This document shows, piece by piece, positions 31,063 to 43,343 of a DNA stretch of 64,000 nucleotides. The stretch lies in assembly GCA_951406725.2 (NCBI GenBank), contig OX597828.1, positions 77,810,001 to 77,874,000 on the forward strand, given 5' to 3'. The position numbers were made by a program, and so were the translations under genes. Origin of the DNA: Octopus vulgaris. Lineage: Eukaryota. Under the pieces are notes generated by a model that saw only the letters and a program-made list of their open reading frames with translations, did no database searches and was not told the DNA's origin. The first letter of the stretch is position 1. Every line of letters begins with the position of its first letter.

Positions 31063-32656
31063 TTAACTGTGCTTCCCTATCTGACATAATGTCACGGATT
31101 TAGGCATTTGTGGGTGTTGCCATAAGTACAATTTTTCAGGGCTAAAGAGTCCTGACAGAAGTTGACAGGGGTGAAAGTGTTGATTTTGGCTCCTGAATAT
31201 GGAGATCTGACTGTGGGTTTTTAACTCCTATTTTATTGATCAACACCTGTTGACCAGCAAATTGGCCATCACTTTATTCCATCATCTCTGTCTTTTCTGC
31301 TCAGGGACAAATATGAATGGCAAAGTTCATTTCTGTGTGCTTCCCAAGTGTCGGAATGAAGGCTCTTCTCTTGTGGAAATCAAGACAGTAAACCAGTGGC
31401 TAAGGCATGGAAAGATTATCAAAACTATAGCAATGAGTGACCAACGGAAGAAGGGAATCCCAGACTGCCGTGGTTTCTGGTTAAATGGTCCTTTACACAA
31501 ACAAAATCAAACATATCAATGTTGGTAATAGGGATAAAACAGTTTGGAGAGGTAGCTAAACACAGAAGGGACACCATTAGCTTTTGTGGCCAGCTATCCT
31601 TCATAACAGATTATACTGGATACATTTTTGGAGAGGACACCAACATTATAGAGGTTCCTATGTTCTCAGAGTTTAAGAAACCTTTAGACCCTACAAAGCA
31701 CACTGGTTAAATACTTTACAGAATGCCCTACTTAGGTAGATTTATTGTGGCCCCAACGCTTGTGGGGGACACTTCATACCTTTCCTTATACTGCAATCAT
31801 TTAGTCAGTGCTGCGTGAGTGACGAAGAGAATAGAGAAGACAGCCATGACAGGAGAAGGACAGAAATGGTTTTGTTGAGCCTGAAAAGATGAAAAGCAAA
31901 GTTGACCTTGGCAGGATTTGAACTCAGAACATAGACAGATGGAATGGCAGAATGAGAAAGAGGTGCAAGAGTGTGGTAGAAACAGGATGGTTAATGGGTA
32001 AGAAAGCAATGAATAGTAAGTAGTAGATGTTGGTGATTGGGGGAGGGCAATACCAGGTGTCTTCAGGGGATGAGGTATTGAAGAAGCCCATTCAACCATT
32101 TTAGAGTTTATTTTATACACTAATAACACCAGTGCCAGAAGGATTCTTTTATGCCCTGAAAGAATCCAAAACACTCAATATTTAACATGAGTCGGTTTAG
32201 TTCACATAAGGAGCATAAGGGCCAGTTTCTCTGGTATATATATCTGTCAATTCTTTCCCACCACCCGATGGAACACTGGTCCATCACGGGATTACTCATT
32301 TTGGCCAGCAACGTGAAATGAAGTGTCTTGCTCAAGAACACAACACATCACCCAGTCCAGGAATCGAAACCACAATCTTCTGATCATAAATCTAACACCC
32401 TAACCACCAAGCCATGCCCATCCACATTTAACATGGATACATACTGTCAAAGGAACATGATCAAGGAAGTGATAGAAGAGAGAGAGATTGAAGACAGGAT
32501 AAGGGCCAAGATGGGCGGGTGAAAGCGAGGGAGAGTATGATGGCAGAAACAGTGTGACAGGGGTAGGGGAGAGCAGCAAGTGTCAGTCCAGAAAGGTATA
32601 AAGAGGGTTCTCTGTGATTGTATTGGGTCCAGTGGGGTCTCATATATAGACTAGAT

Positions 32657-32905
32657 CAGTGGTTTTCAACTTGGGTCCATATAGGATTTTACTGTTAAGG
32701 TTCATGTGCAATAAACTGGTTATACTGTTAGGATACCCAAAATGTCTTCATCTTTTTTTGTATTCAGTTGCTAATGGTATTTAATGATGGAAATATAATA
32801 GGATTGTTTAAAGCATTGAAATGGTTATGAGGGTCCACCCAAGTACAATGAGAATCAAAGGGGTCCATAGGGAAAAAACAAAAAAAGTGCGGTTGAGAAT
32901 CACTA
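32657..32905. mobile_element. hAT-Charlie-type MITE
   Basis: TIRs CAGTGGTTTTCAAC / GTTGAGAATCACTA; imperfect 8-bp TSD GACTAGAT / GACTAACT. Confidence 0.65.
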
Positions 32906-34587
32906 GACTAACTGATAGACTGGAGCAGTAGAGTGAAGGGGATCATGTTGGTGTATGTGTTGAAATGTTTAAGGGGGGCAGCAACAACATCAACAACAAC
33001 AACCTGCTGACATAATTTCAAGCAAGAGATGTAGAAATGCTGTTGAAGAATTTACAGGCTTTCTTGCCCCCCCCCCCAAAAAAAACCCCTCGTAAAATGA
33101 AAACATGAAAATAAAATCTAGGACACAGTTGTTTTCAATGTCTAAACCAAAAGCTGTTGCCTATGTATGTATATATATATATATACAGACACACATCTGC
33201 ATGTATATATATATATATATATGTATATACATATGCATGTATTTGTAGGTATATATATATATATATATATATTTGTAAAATGCTGTTTGTGTGAAATGTC
33301 CAACTGTTGCCGAATCAATTAGTTTGGTAATAAACTGTGCTAAGTAAATTGACGGATGTCAGTAATTGCTTGTTTATGGTAAGTTTTATGGAACCAGAAA
33401 CCATCTTCTTCGGTCGAACATTACTCAACTTGTCATTTCAGCTTTGTCAATTTTATTTTACTTTATCAATTGTTTTTTGAGGGTTTTTTTTTTCCTTATA
33501 ATTGATTCTGCATAACACTCTCCCCTCTCTCTTTTTTTTTTTATAATTATTTGTTATTGTCATGTACCTCCAACCATCACCTTTGTGCAAAATAAAACAA
33601 AAAGCATTATTATTATTATTGTTATTATTATTATTATTCAAACTGGCATAATTGTTAGGACGTCATTTATTCTGCCATTCCATCCATCTGTGTTCTGAGT
33701 TCAAATTCTGCCGGGGTCAACTATGCCTTCATATTTTTAGGGTCAATAAAGTAAGTACCATCTGAGCATTGAGATGAATGTAATTGACTCGGGACCCCAC
33801 CTGCCCAGAATTTCAGACTTTGTGCCTATAGTAGAGGGGATCATTATTATTATTATTATTATTGTTCTTGCTGTTGTAGTTGTCTCACTGATTGCGTTTC
33901 TCAATTTTGAGCTGATACTATGATAAACTTCATCTGGTGCATTCTAGAAAGGGGTTGTAGCAGAAAGGGTATCAGGCTATAGATATGCCAAAGTGGAATG
34001 TGTGTGTGTGTGTGTGTGTGTGCTACCTTGAGGGGCCACCTCCACTATTTATTTCTTTGCAGTTACTACTGAATGAATCAGTAGGAGCAATGTAGCTCCT
34101 CAACAACAAGAACCTGCCTCTGCTCCAACCTCTTCTCTCATATCTTAGCCCTCATCAGCTAGCATAAAACTACCCTCCTCCCTCAGCTTTTGAAGCCACG
34201 TGAGCTGCATGGTGACCTTACTAGTGCCAGAGCCATGAGAAAAGCACCCAGTTAAAGGGTTGACGTTAAGAAGGGCATCCAACCTTAGAAACAGGGCTGT
34301 GAAGTCAGAGCCGATAAAACTATACCGACTCTGATTCCCACCCACAATGTCTTTATTCTTTAATATAAACCAATTATAACATATAGGACTACTCAAAGTA
34401 CAAGTGTATGATGCCTAGGCTTTGTGAGATATGTAGACCTCAATCACTTAATTACATAAAGAGGAGTCCAAATCAGAGTCAGAGGTGCCAATAGTAGAGG
34501 AGTCAGAGTCAAAGTTTTTTTTGGTTTCGACTCCACAGTCTTGCTTAGAAACCATGCTAAAGCAGACACTGGGGCATGAGGTATGTA

Positions 34588-34872
34588 GGTCCACCTACAT
34601 ACATTTTGTTTGTCCAACACCCTGGGCCCACCCACATTTTGTTTGCCTAACACCCTGGGTCCACCTACATACATTTTGTTTGTCCAACACCCTGGGCCCA
34701 CCCATATATATATTTTGTTTCTCCAACACCCTGGGCCCATCCACATTTTGTTTGCCTAACAATCTGGGTCCACCTACATACATTTTGTTTGTCCAACACC
34801 CCGGGTCCACCCACATTCGTTTTGTCCGACACCCTGGTTCCACCTACATATTTTGTTTGTCCAACACCCTAG
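34588..34872. repeat. Minisatellite, about 8 units of 33-38 bp
   Basis: Unit ATTTTGTTTGTCCAACACCCTGGG(T/C)CCACC(TACAT)AC, with long and short variants. Confidence 0.9.
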
Positions 34873-34992
34873 ATCCATCAGTAATTTCTTGTTTTCTCTT
34901 GAATGGCTGTTCTATCAGTTGTATCCACCCAAACCTTGGACTATGGTTATTCAGTTAACTATGTACCTACGCAGGTTTTGAACAAAGGGTTG

Positions 34993-35250
34993 TACAGTTC
35001 TATATTTAAGAGATGAGGAATTGTGTACATTATTTACATTTTGCGTAGTGGTTAAAAGCATGGGCTACTAACCCCAGATTCCGAGTTTGATTCCAGGCAG
35101 TGACCTGAATAATAATAATAATAATAATATCAAAAAATAGCTTCGGAACGAGAACCCAGGTTCGAAATTTCCCCAAGATGAAGGCTTGAGGGTCCATCAG
35201 CAGAAACAAACAAGATGAGGACGAATATCGTCAAATGTAAATAATGTAAA
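34993..35250 (+). mobile_element. tRNA-headed, hammerhead-tailed short element, copy A
   Basis: Colinear with 48601-48876. The tRNA-like part GCGTAGTGGTTAA...GGGCTACTAACCCC...GAGTTTGATTCC is present; the ribozyme core is partly deleted; terminal inverted arms are present. Confidence 0.75.
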
Positions 35251-37433
35251 TAAAGTAGTGTTGTTTAGTCACAGGTGAAGAAAAGCAGTTATGACCTTAA
35301 CTGGGATTCTGAAACTGAGAAAAGAATGAGAGGAAGAAATTGGGTTAACGCTGTGTTTAACGTTAAATCTAACCTGAAACAATACAGGAATATTGTAGGT
35401 GTGCTATTATTGAGAATTACATACACCAGTGCCTCTCCATTTCAGATTTTGTTCTATTTATAAATACACAGTATAGCTGTAATTTAAACGTACTATATTT
35501 ATAGTAGAAAACTCTTTAATTTCATGTTATAGTTGATGAATTTCACTAAACTTGGTACAGTAATACACATCACACAGGTCCATCTCACCACACCTCAGTT
35601 ACCACAGTGGTCTATGAAGTTCAACTGTTCAACACCTTAATAATAATTATAAGAAGAATTCTTTCTGTTATAAGCAGAAGGCCTGAAGATTTGGGTGTGA
35701 TGGAGCTGGTTCCCGAAAGGATGAAAAGGAAAGCTGACCTCAGTGGAATTTGAACTCAGAATGCAAAGCCAGAAGAATTGCTGCTTAGCATTTTGTCCAC
35801 TGTTCTAACAATTCTGCCGGCTTCACCACCCTTTAGTAACAATTTCATATTTTGGCACAAGGCTAGGAATTTTGTGGGGAGGAAGTTTCTTAGATTGACC
35901 CCGTATTTAAATGGTACTTTATCAATCTCCAAAAGGATAAAAGGGGTGAGTTGAACTCAGAACATAAAGAGCTGGAAGAAATACTGTTGTGTGTATTGCC
36001 CTAATGACTCCAACACAAGTAACGGGGACAAAGGTATTGATTAACTCCTTACCCCTAAAATCGATGACTTTCTGCCTAAATTAGAATTTATTATTAGGGC
36101 AGAATCTTTAGCACTTTAAACAAAATGCTTAACACTATTTCTTTCCCTTCTTTATTGACACCCTCTTCAGATTTAAGAAAGTAAGTACCAGTAATGCACT
36201 GGGGTTGGTGTAATCAACTTTCCCCTCCTCTCAAAATTTATGGTCTTGTCCCAAAATTAGAGAAGATTATTAAGGTGGAAAGCTGGCAGAATCATTAACA
36301 GACGAAATTCTTTGTGGCATTTCCTCTGGTTTTCCATTCTGAGTTCAAATTCCCACAAGGCTGACTTTGCCTTTCATTCTTTCAATCAATCAAGCACAGG
36401 GTGAGGGGTAGGGGTCAGTGTCATCAACTCAACCAGTGGTTCTCAGCCAGTGTCCATATTTTTGTGAGGTCCATGCAACAAAATAGTTAATTGGAGACCC
36501 ACAGTAATATTTTAAGGGTCCCTAAAAAACTTTTGTTTCAGATGTATGTATTGGTAGAAGCAGATGCATTTCTTTCCCTTACATTTTACTTAGTTCAACT
36601 CAGACCAAGTTAGTGTGAGAAAAAACAAAATAGGAATTTTGGAAGACTGACAGGATATATAGACACAGCATGTAGATGTTGGTTGGATAGGTAGACATTG
36701 CGTGAAGATAAGAGACACTCTGTCATTTATAACGACAAGGTTTCCAGCTGATCTGATCCTCAGAAACAGACTGCACATGGAATTAATATGCAAGTGGTTG
36801 AGCACTCCACAGACACCCCTACTCTTAGTGTAGTTCTCAGGGATATTCAGTGTGACAAGGCTGGCCCCTTTGAATCACAGGTACAACTCATTTTTGCCAT
36901 CCGAGTGGACTGGAGCAACATGAAATAAAGAGCCTTGCTCAAGGACACAATGCATCGCCGGTAATTGAACTCGTGACCTTATGATAATGAGCTGAATAGC
37001 ATAACCACTAAGTCAAGTGCTTTCCCTGTATGTAGATGTTGACTGTATATATAGACATATCATGACTGGCTGGCTCTTGCGCCAGTGGCACGTAAAAAGC
37101 ACCCATTACACTTGCAGAGTGAAGGAAGGGCATCAAGCTGCAGAAACCTTGCCAGATCAGATTGGAGCCTGGTGCAGCCTTCTGGCTTGCCAGTCCTCAG
37201 TCAATCCATCCAACCCATGCCAGCATGGAAAGTGGACATTGAGCAACAATGACGATTTCAATAAAACTAGTTTTTAAACATCGAATGCCTGTACTGATCC
37301 ATCAGATTGAAATAGTAACCAAAGGGATCAAAAGATAAAAAAAGGTTGAGAACCCCTGAAGTAGACCCTCTTCCACCACAAAAATTCAGGCCTGGAAAGA
37401 ATTGTTGTTGATGCATTTTGTTTTCCTTTGTAG

Positions 37434-37531
37434 GTGATCGATGGTGGTGACATGGACATCAGCTTTTACATTCAAGGCCCAAATAATGCAATCCTTGTCG
37501 CTGAAGAGAGAAAGTCAGAATCTTCACACAA
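37434..37531 (+). CDS. TMED5: p24-gamma exon 2 (GOLD domain)
   Basis: TTTGTAG|VIDGGDMDISFYIQGPNNAILVAEERKSESSH; donor AA|GTAAGC; phases 0 and 2. Confidence 0.93.
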
Positions 37532-38545
37532 GTAAGCTTAAAGTTTGTTTGTCATGTGATTAATAAAATATAAACATCAACTCCGGGGCATGGGTGGCTT
37601 GGGTTTGATTTTGTAGCACATGGTGTGGATGAGAAAGAAATCTGCCCATGGATAGTAAACCAGTCTTTCTGAACACTTTAATACTCAGATTACTTTGTCA
37701 AATGCAATGCTTATTTATTCGCATTGCTTTTAATTAATTATGGATTATCTTGTAGCTTCAACATTTCAATGATGTGATTGTTTATTTTTAGAATCACATT
37801 GTAGGATAGGTGTGAGAGGTTGGATATGGCAAGTCTGAACATCAAACAGGTAGAATATAAGGGCTAGATATGGCTGGTTTAAATGCCAAAGGGTCAAATA
37901 ACATCCCCCCACATATTCTGCTGTATTTATTCCTACTGACTTCCTCAGCTCAAAATACAAAGAATGATTTTCTTCTCATTTGTTTTTTCTTAGCCTTAAC
38001 CCGAGAGAAATTAAAAGCAGGCAGAATTTGAACTTACCCACTGATTTATAGATAATACTGTCTGTAGAGGTGCTGTTGGTGTCTCCCCTACATAGCCTTC
38101 CATTACCAAGTGACTCTAATTCCTGCCCACCACACATTGTGGTCTTGTGTAAAATTAGAAATCCAGCAGATTTGGAGCAGCGTCAGAGAAAATATTTTAC
38201 AGTATTTAGTGCCATTCGTTGATATTCATCATCATCATCATCATCATTTAATGTCCATTTTACATGCTGGCATCAGTTGGATGGTTTGACAGGAGCTGGA
38301 AGGCTGCACCAGGCTCCAATCTAATCTGTTTTGGCTTGGTTTCCACAGCTGGATGCCCATCCTAACACCACCCACTTTATGTGGTGCCAGCATGAGACCC
38401 TTTTTTATGTGGCAGCAGCACAGGACCTTCTTACATGGTCCCAGCACAGGACCTTCTTACATGGTCCCAGCAGAGGAGCTTCTTGATGTAATCGACTTAA
38501 TCCTTCCCCCAAATTTGAAGTCTTGTACTTCCAGTAGAAACGGTT

Positions 38546-38815
38546 ATTATTACCCCCGCCTTAGCGAAGGCGGGGGTATTCTTTTCAGTCATGTTTGTTT
38601 GTCCATGGACAAGATATCTCAAGAACCGCTTTGGATGAAACTGTCAGAGATGTTTGGCCTCATGACTGGCACAAACTGCTTAGATTTGGGTATTGATCCA
38701 GTACCAGACAAGAATTCTGGATTATTTTTTCCTGTTTTTTACTCAATTGTTGAGAGCGGTCAAGTTCATTTTTAGCATTCTCGTTTGTGAGAGTAGTCGA
38801 GTTTATTTCAGATAT
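38546..38815 (+). mobile_element. DINE-1/Helentron-like non-autonomous element fragment
   Basis: TTATTACCCCCGCC-TTAGCGAA-GGCGGGGGTA hairpin followed by a GTTT/GTCC microsatellite and GATATCTCAAGAACCGC...GATGAAAC. Confidence 0.55.
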
Positions 38816-39190
38816 TCATCGTTTAACGTCCGTTCTCCATGCTAGCATGGGTTGGACGGTTCGACCGGGGATCTGGGAAGCCAGAAGGCTGCACCAGGCT
38901 CCGGTCTTATCTGGCAATGTTTCTACAGCTGGATGCCCTTCCTAACGCCAACCACTCCGTGAGTGTAGTGGGTGTTCTTTACGTGCCACCTGCACTGGAG
39001 AGCCAGGCGAGGCTGGCATCGGCCACGGTCAGATTGGTGCTTTTTACGTGCCACCGACACGGAAGCCAGTTGAGGCGGCGCTGGCATCGGCCAATCCTTT
39101 CTGGCTAATCGTTGAAAGGACATTGGTGTTGCTTTGGTGGAGGTTTGTTCTCTCTGAGTGATCTTGTTATTATTTATTATTATTTTTCAG

Positions 39191-39374
39191 AGTGGATGTA
39201 CAGATGACAGGAACTTACAAGATCTGCTTTGACAATACCTTCAGCCGATTCTTCAGGAAAGTCGTCTATTTTGACATCATCACAGAGAATGAAGAAGATG
39301 ATGAGAATGGAAATTGGACTTTCAGTAAAGAAGATGCTGCAGAGTTGATGGACATTAAACTTGATGATTTTAAA
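39191..39374 (+). CDS. TMED5: p24-gamma exon 3 (end of GOLD domain, start of coiled coil)
   Basis: TTTTCAG|A VDVQMTGTYKICFDNTFSRFFRKVVYFDI...LDDFK|GTAAGT; phases 2 and 0. Confidence 0.95.
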
Positions 39375-40329
39375 GTAAGTCTGCTCTTGTTGTTGTTGTT
39401 ATTGTTTAACCCTGTGTCAGCTGAGATCTTCTCATCTTTTAACATCTATCATTGGTCAGTTATTGATCACACCATTTTTCAGCATCATCGTCTGTCATTT
39501 CTTTTAAAGTTTGCATTGTGTGATTTGAGGAAGATTGAGCTCCTATTTCTAGCGATACATAGAGGCTTCTCTTGTTGACTTGTTTTTGTTGTTACTTGAA
39601 CTGGTGGTGATGGTGTCGGTGGAGACACTGATATTACTGTTTGACCCCTTGTAAGCCTATGTCATGCTCCTCACAGTAATACTGGATTAAAAGGATTACA
39701 CAGCACCTCTACACTTTCTCCACCTGTTTGCCATCAACTTTACTGTTAGTGGAGGTGTGTAGCTTAGTGGTGAGGGTGTTGGACTCAGGATCCTAAGGTT
39801 GTCGTTGCAATCCATGGACCGGGCGACGCATTGTGTCCTTGAGCAAAACACTTCATTTCACGTTACTCCAGTCCACTCAGCTGGCAAAAATGAGGAATCC
39901 GGTGTCCCATCAAGGTGGGGAGTATTTACTTCATGAAAGCTGGGAAACCGGTCCTTATTAGTCAGAATGACTCAAGAAGGTCATTTTACAGTTAGTTGTG
40001 TAGAGACAATCCAAGACTGCATTATAACTATCTCATTACTTTTGTCAGTTGTTAGCAGTCAGGAAACTACTTCCTTCAAAACTTCCGTGCTTCCTGGAAT
40101 TTGCCAACAGTGCACCCATACACACCCACTCCCACCCCACCCTTTAATTAACTCAAGGTACATGTGTGGTAGTGTGGTTAAGAAGTACATACTGGCAAAC
40201 ATGTCATTTCAGGTATAGCCAGATTTAAGGGAGCAGGGGCAATTGCCCAGGAGTATCACTGTTAGAAGGAGGTCCACTGGCCCCGAGTACAAACATAAAG
40301 GAATCTCCTTTCCAACTACAGGATTGGGC

Positions 40330-40520
40330 CCATTTTTGAATTCCATGTCTAACATTTGTGGACATGCTTACAAAATCAAAGGACAACACAACACCCATGA
40401 CCTTCACAAACATTTTTTCAAGCTCAGAATTACTGAAGCATGGAATAAACTACCCACATCAGTTGTTAGCTTTCAGGACACTACAGGCTTCAAAACTTCC
40501 ATGCTTCACCAACAATACGC
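40330..40520 (+). mobile_element. CR1-type LINE 3' fragment (shorter related piece at 40043-40110)
   Basis: GHAYKIK...KHFFKLRITEAWNKLPTSVV matches the CR1 ORF2 terminal motif RGH.....FF..R....WN.LP..VV. Confidence 0.75.
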
Positions 40521-40724
40521 CTGATGTCATACCCAGCTTTCTTTTTTTAAACGACTCATTTACCCTTTACTTCCTCTGCATTATTCTGTATACTGTTTAT
40601 GCACTTATGGCTACATTTTTCGATGTGGCGTTGTGCATGTGAGCCCTGTGTGCAATAAGTGGAAAAGGTTAGCAACTGGATTTGGTTAAAAAGAGATGAT
40701 GAGCAATAGATAGAAGAATGTTGA

Positions 40725-40960
40725 AGGCAGCAAACTGGCAGAAGCGTTAGCACACCGGGTGAAATGCTTAGTGGTATTTCGTCTGTCTCTACGTTCTGAG
40801 ATCAAATTCCGCCGAGGTCAACTTTGCCTTTCATCCTTTCGGGGTCGATTAAATAAGTACCTGTTATGCTTTGGGGTCGATATGATCGACTTAATCCATT
40901 TGACTGTTCCTGTTTGTCCCCTCTGTGTGTAGCCCCTTGTGGGCAGTAAAGAAATAAGAA
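40725..40960 (+). mobile_element. Representative copy of the most abundant tRNA-derived SINE family (dozens of copies and fragments in the window)
   Basis: CTGGCAGAAGCGTTAGCA...TTCTGAGATCAAATTCCGCCGAGGTCAACTTTGCCTTTCATCCTTTCGGGGTCGA..AAATAAGTACC, also near 11750, 23253, 41175, 47180-48000 and 50760. Confidence 0.85.
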
Positions 40961-41802
40961 GAATGTTGAGCTTTATTTGATAACCAGTTCATTGTGCAAG
41001 TGGGGCCTCATAATTGTGAGGGTTGGGCCTATGCTCAATGATGCCATCAAGAGGTAGGCCCAGAAATGGCGCACATTCTCTCCTGATGACCTCATACACT
41101 TCTTCTAGTAGCACTTGTATGTGCAAGTTGTTTGCAAAACATCTGTGATATAAAATGACAAGAATTGTTAGGAGACCAGAAAAATGCTTAGCAGCATTTC
41201 ACCTGTCTTCATGTTCTGAATTCAAATTCCACCGAGGTCAACTTTGCCTTTCATCCTTTTCGGGTTAAAAAATAAGTACCAGTTGAACACTGGGGGTCGA
41301 TGTAATTGACTATCCCCCCCCTCCAAATTTCAGGCATTGTGTCTATAGTAGAAAGGATTATTATATAAGTGTGATATAGAAGATTTGGCTGCTATATCTA
41401 GCAGATAAGTAGGTACTGTCTCAAGTCCTAGGACACCTGAAGCTTGTTACCTGGTTGCATAAGTGACTCCAAGATGACAACATTCTTCCCTGAATGGGTC
41501 ACCAGTCTGTTGCAGAGTTATTCCTTTACTACTGATTGGACTGGGGCTGTGTGAAATGAAATGTTTTGCTCAAGAACAGAATCCACTACATGATCCAGGA
41601 ATCGAAACCACGATGCTGTGATCATGGGTGCAAACCCCTAACCACGAGGCCACACAATATCTAGCAGGTGAAGCCTCTTAATTATGTATGAAATGGTATT
41701 CAATGATTGGTTTGTAAGATGTTCCTTCAGCTAGATAACAGCTAACGAGCCTATTAGTTAGGAATGCATCTACTAAACTATTGTTTTTTTTTTGTTTTTT
41801 AG

Positions 41803-42039
41803 TCAATAGTTGGACGTGTAAAAGAGAATCTTGAAAGATCGCATCAGGTCCAGACTTACTTGAAGATGTTTGAGGCACGGGACCGAAACATCCAGGAATC
41901 CAATTTTGAACGTGTCAACTGGTGGTCTGGCTTCCAGTTGTTCCTCATGATGTCTGTGGCGTTGACGCAAGTGTTTATGATTCGCAGCCTTTTTGATGAC
42001 CACAGCCGGCTACACAAAGTCTTTCAGGCACGATCCTGA
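41803..42039 (+). CDS. TMED5: p24-gamma exon 4 (coiled coil, transmembrane helix, cytosolic tail, stop)
   Basis: Poly-T AG|SIVGRVKENLERS...FEARDRNIQESNFERVNWWS...QVFMIRSLFDD...ARS*. The four exons total 720 nt (239 aa plus stop) with consistent phases. Confidence 0.95.
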   Translation, partial: SIVGRVKENLERSHQVQTYLKMFEARDRNIQESNFERVNWWSGFQLFLMMSVALTQVFMIRSLFDDHSRLHKVFQARS

Positions 42040-42140
42040 ATAGCAATAATAGAGCAACAAATAAAGAGAACCTAGAAAAGGAGAAGAGATGAAGCAAGAA
42101 AAATATCATACTACACACACATGCGCGTTTATATATAAAT

Positions 42141-42225
<85 letters not shown>

Positions 42226-42644
42226 TATGAATATATATTTTTTCTGAGAAATCCAGTGAGATGAATGTAGTGTTTCTGTGCAGAGGAAATGTTTGTTTGA
42301 CAAATTCAGTCTGGGCAAAAACAGATTGTACATTTGTCCCATTTAATTTTAAAACAAGAAATTTTTTAATCCACTTGACGACGTTGAGTTCTGTAATTTG
42401 GCTTGAAGTTATACTTGTTTCAACGAGCAAGCAAACTGTAATAATAAAATGATGCATGTATGTATATATGTGTGTGTGTATATACATGCATATACACACA
42501 CACACACACACATGTATGTGTACATATATATATATATATAGTGTAAATATATTTGTGTGTATATATATGTAAATATATTTGTATGTTTATATTTATATAC
42601 ATGTGATTATATATATACATACATGTGATATATGTGTGTGTGTG

Positions 42645-42680
<36 letters not shown>

Positions 42681-43293
42681 AATAAAATCACATATGCATA
42701 TAAATATACATATGTATATTTGATTATGTACTATTACTATTGTTCAAATTTTTTAATTTTTGAGAGACACAAAAAAAAAGAAACCTAATTTATACAAAAG
42801 TCTAATAATGTAGGAAGAGCTTCATATTTTTTTATTTCTATTTTCTGACTTGATTCTTCCTCTTAACCAACCACAAGCATTTCTCATTAAAAGCAGTATT
42901 ATACAACATTTCTCTTCCAGAAACAGTATTATAACCTTATTATGCAATGCCAAATCCAAGGGTCCTAATACATTACACCTCACCCCACCCACTTCGTGCT
43001 TTATTTTTGTGTTCTGTTTTGTTTTATTTTCTAAGGAACCCATCACGGGTGGATGAACAAGGTACTGCCACAGCGTGGCTGGAGTCTTATAAGTGAAAGC
43101 AGTTCACCCTTTGACATTTAAAATGGGCAGACCAAGCCCAAATGTTCTGCCTGTTTTATATTTAAACCAGCCAGATCTGACCTCTTGCACCTAGCCTAAA
43201 GATAAGCAATCACATTGTTGAAATCTGAAAACAAACAGAAAATTCTAAAGAAAGTAATCTGAATGCTAAAGGGTTAAGGTGTGTATTTATGTA

Positions 43294-43343
<50 letters not shown>

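Noticed and set aside
31130-31710. ORFs 31250-31528 and 31519-31710 as host exons
   Set aside because: No consistent splice signals and the TMED model is complete without them; at most a highly decayed LINE RT.
34588-34872. CRISPR-like periodicity (also 53232-53812)
   Set aside because: Units are contiguous with no unique spacers, the context is eukaryotic, and there are no cas genes.
35043-35106. Functional tRNA gene with ACT anticodon
   Set aside because: Stems are imperfect, the 5' end is truncated and it sits inside a repeated element; treated as a SINE-like head.
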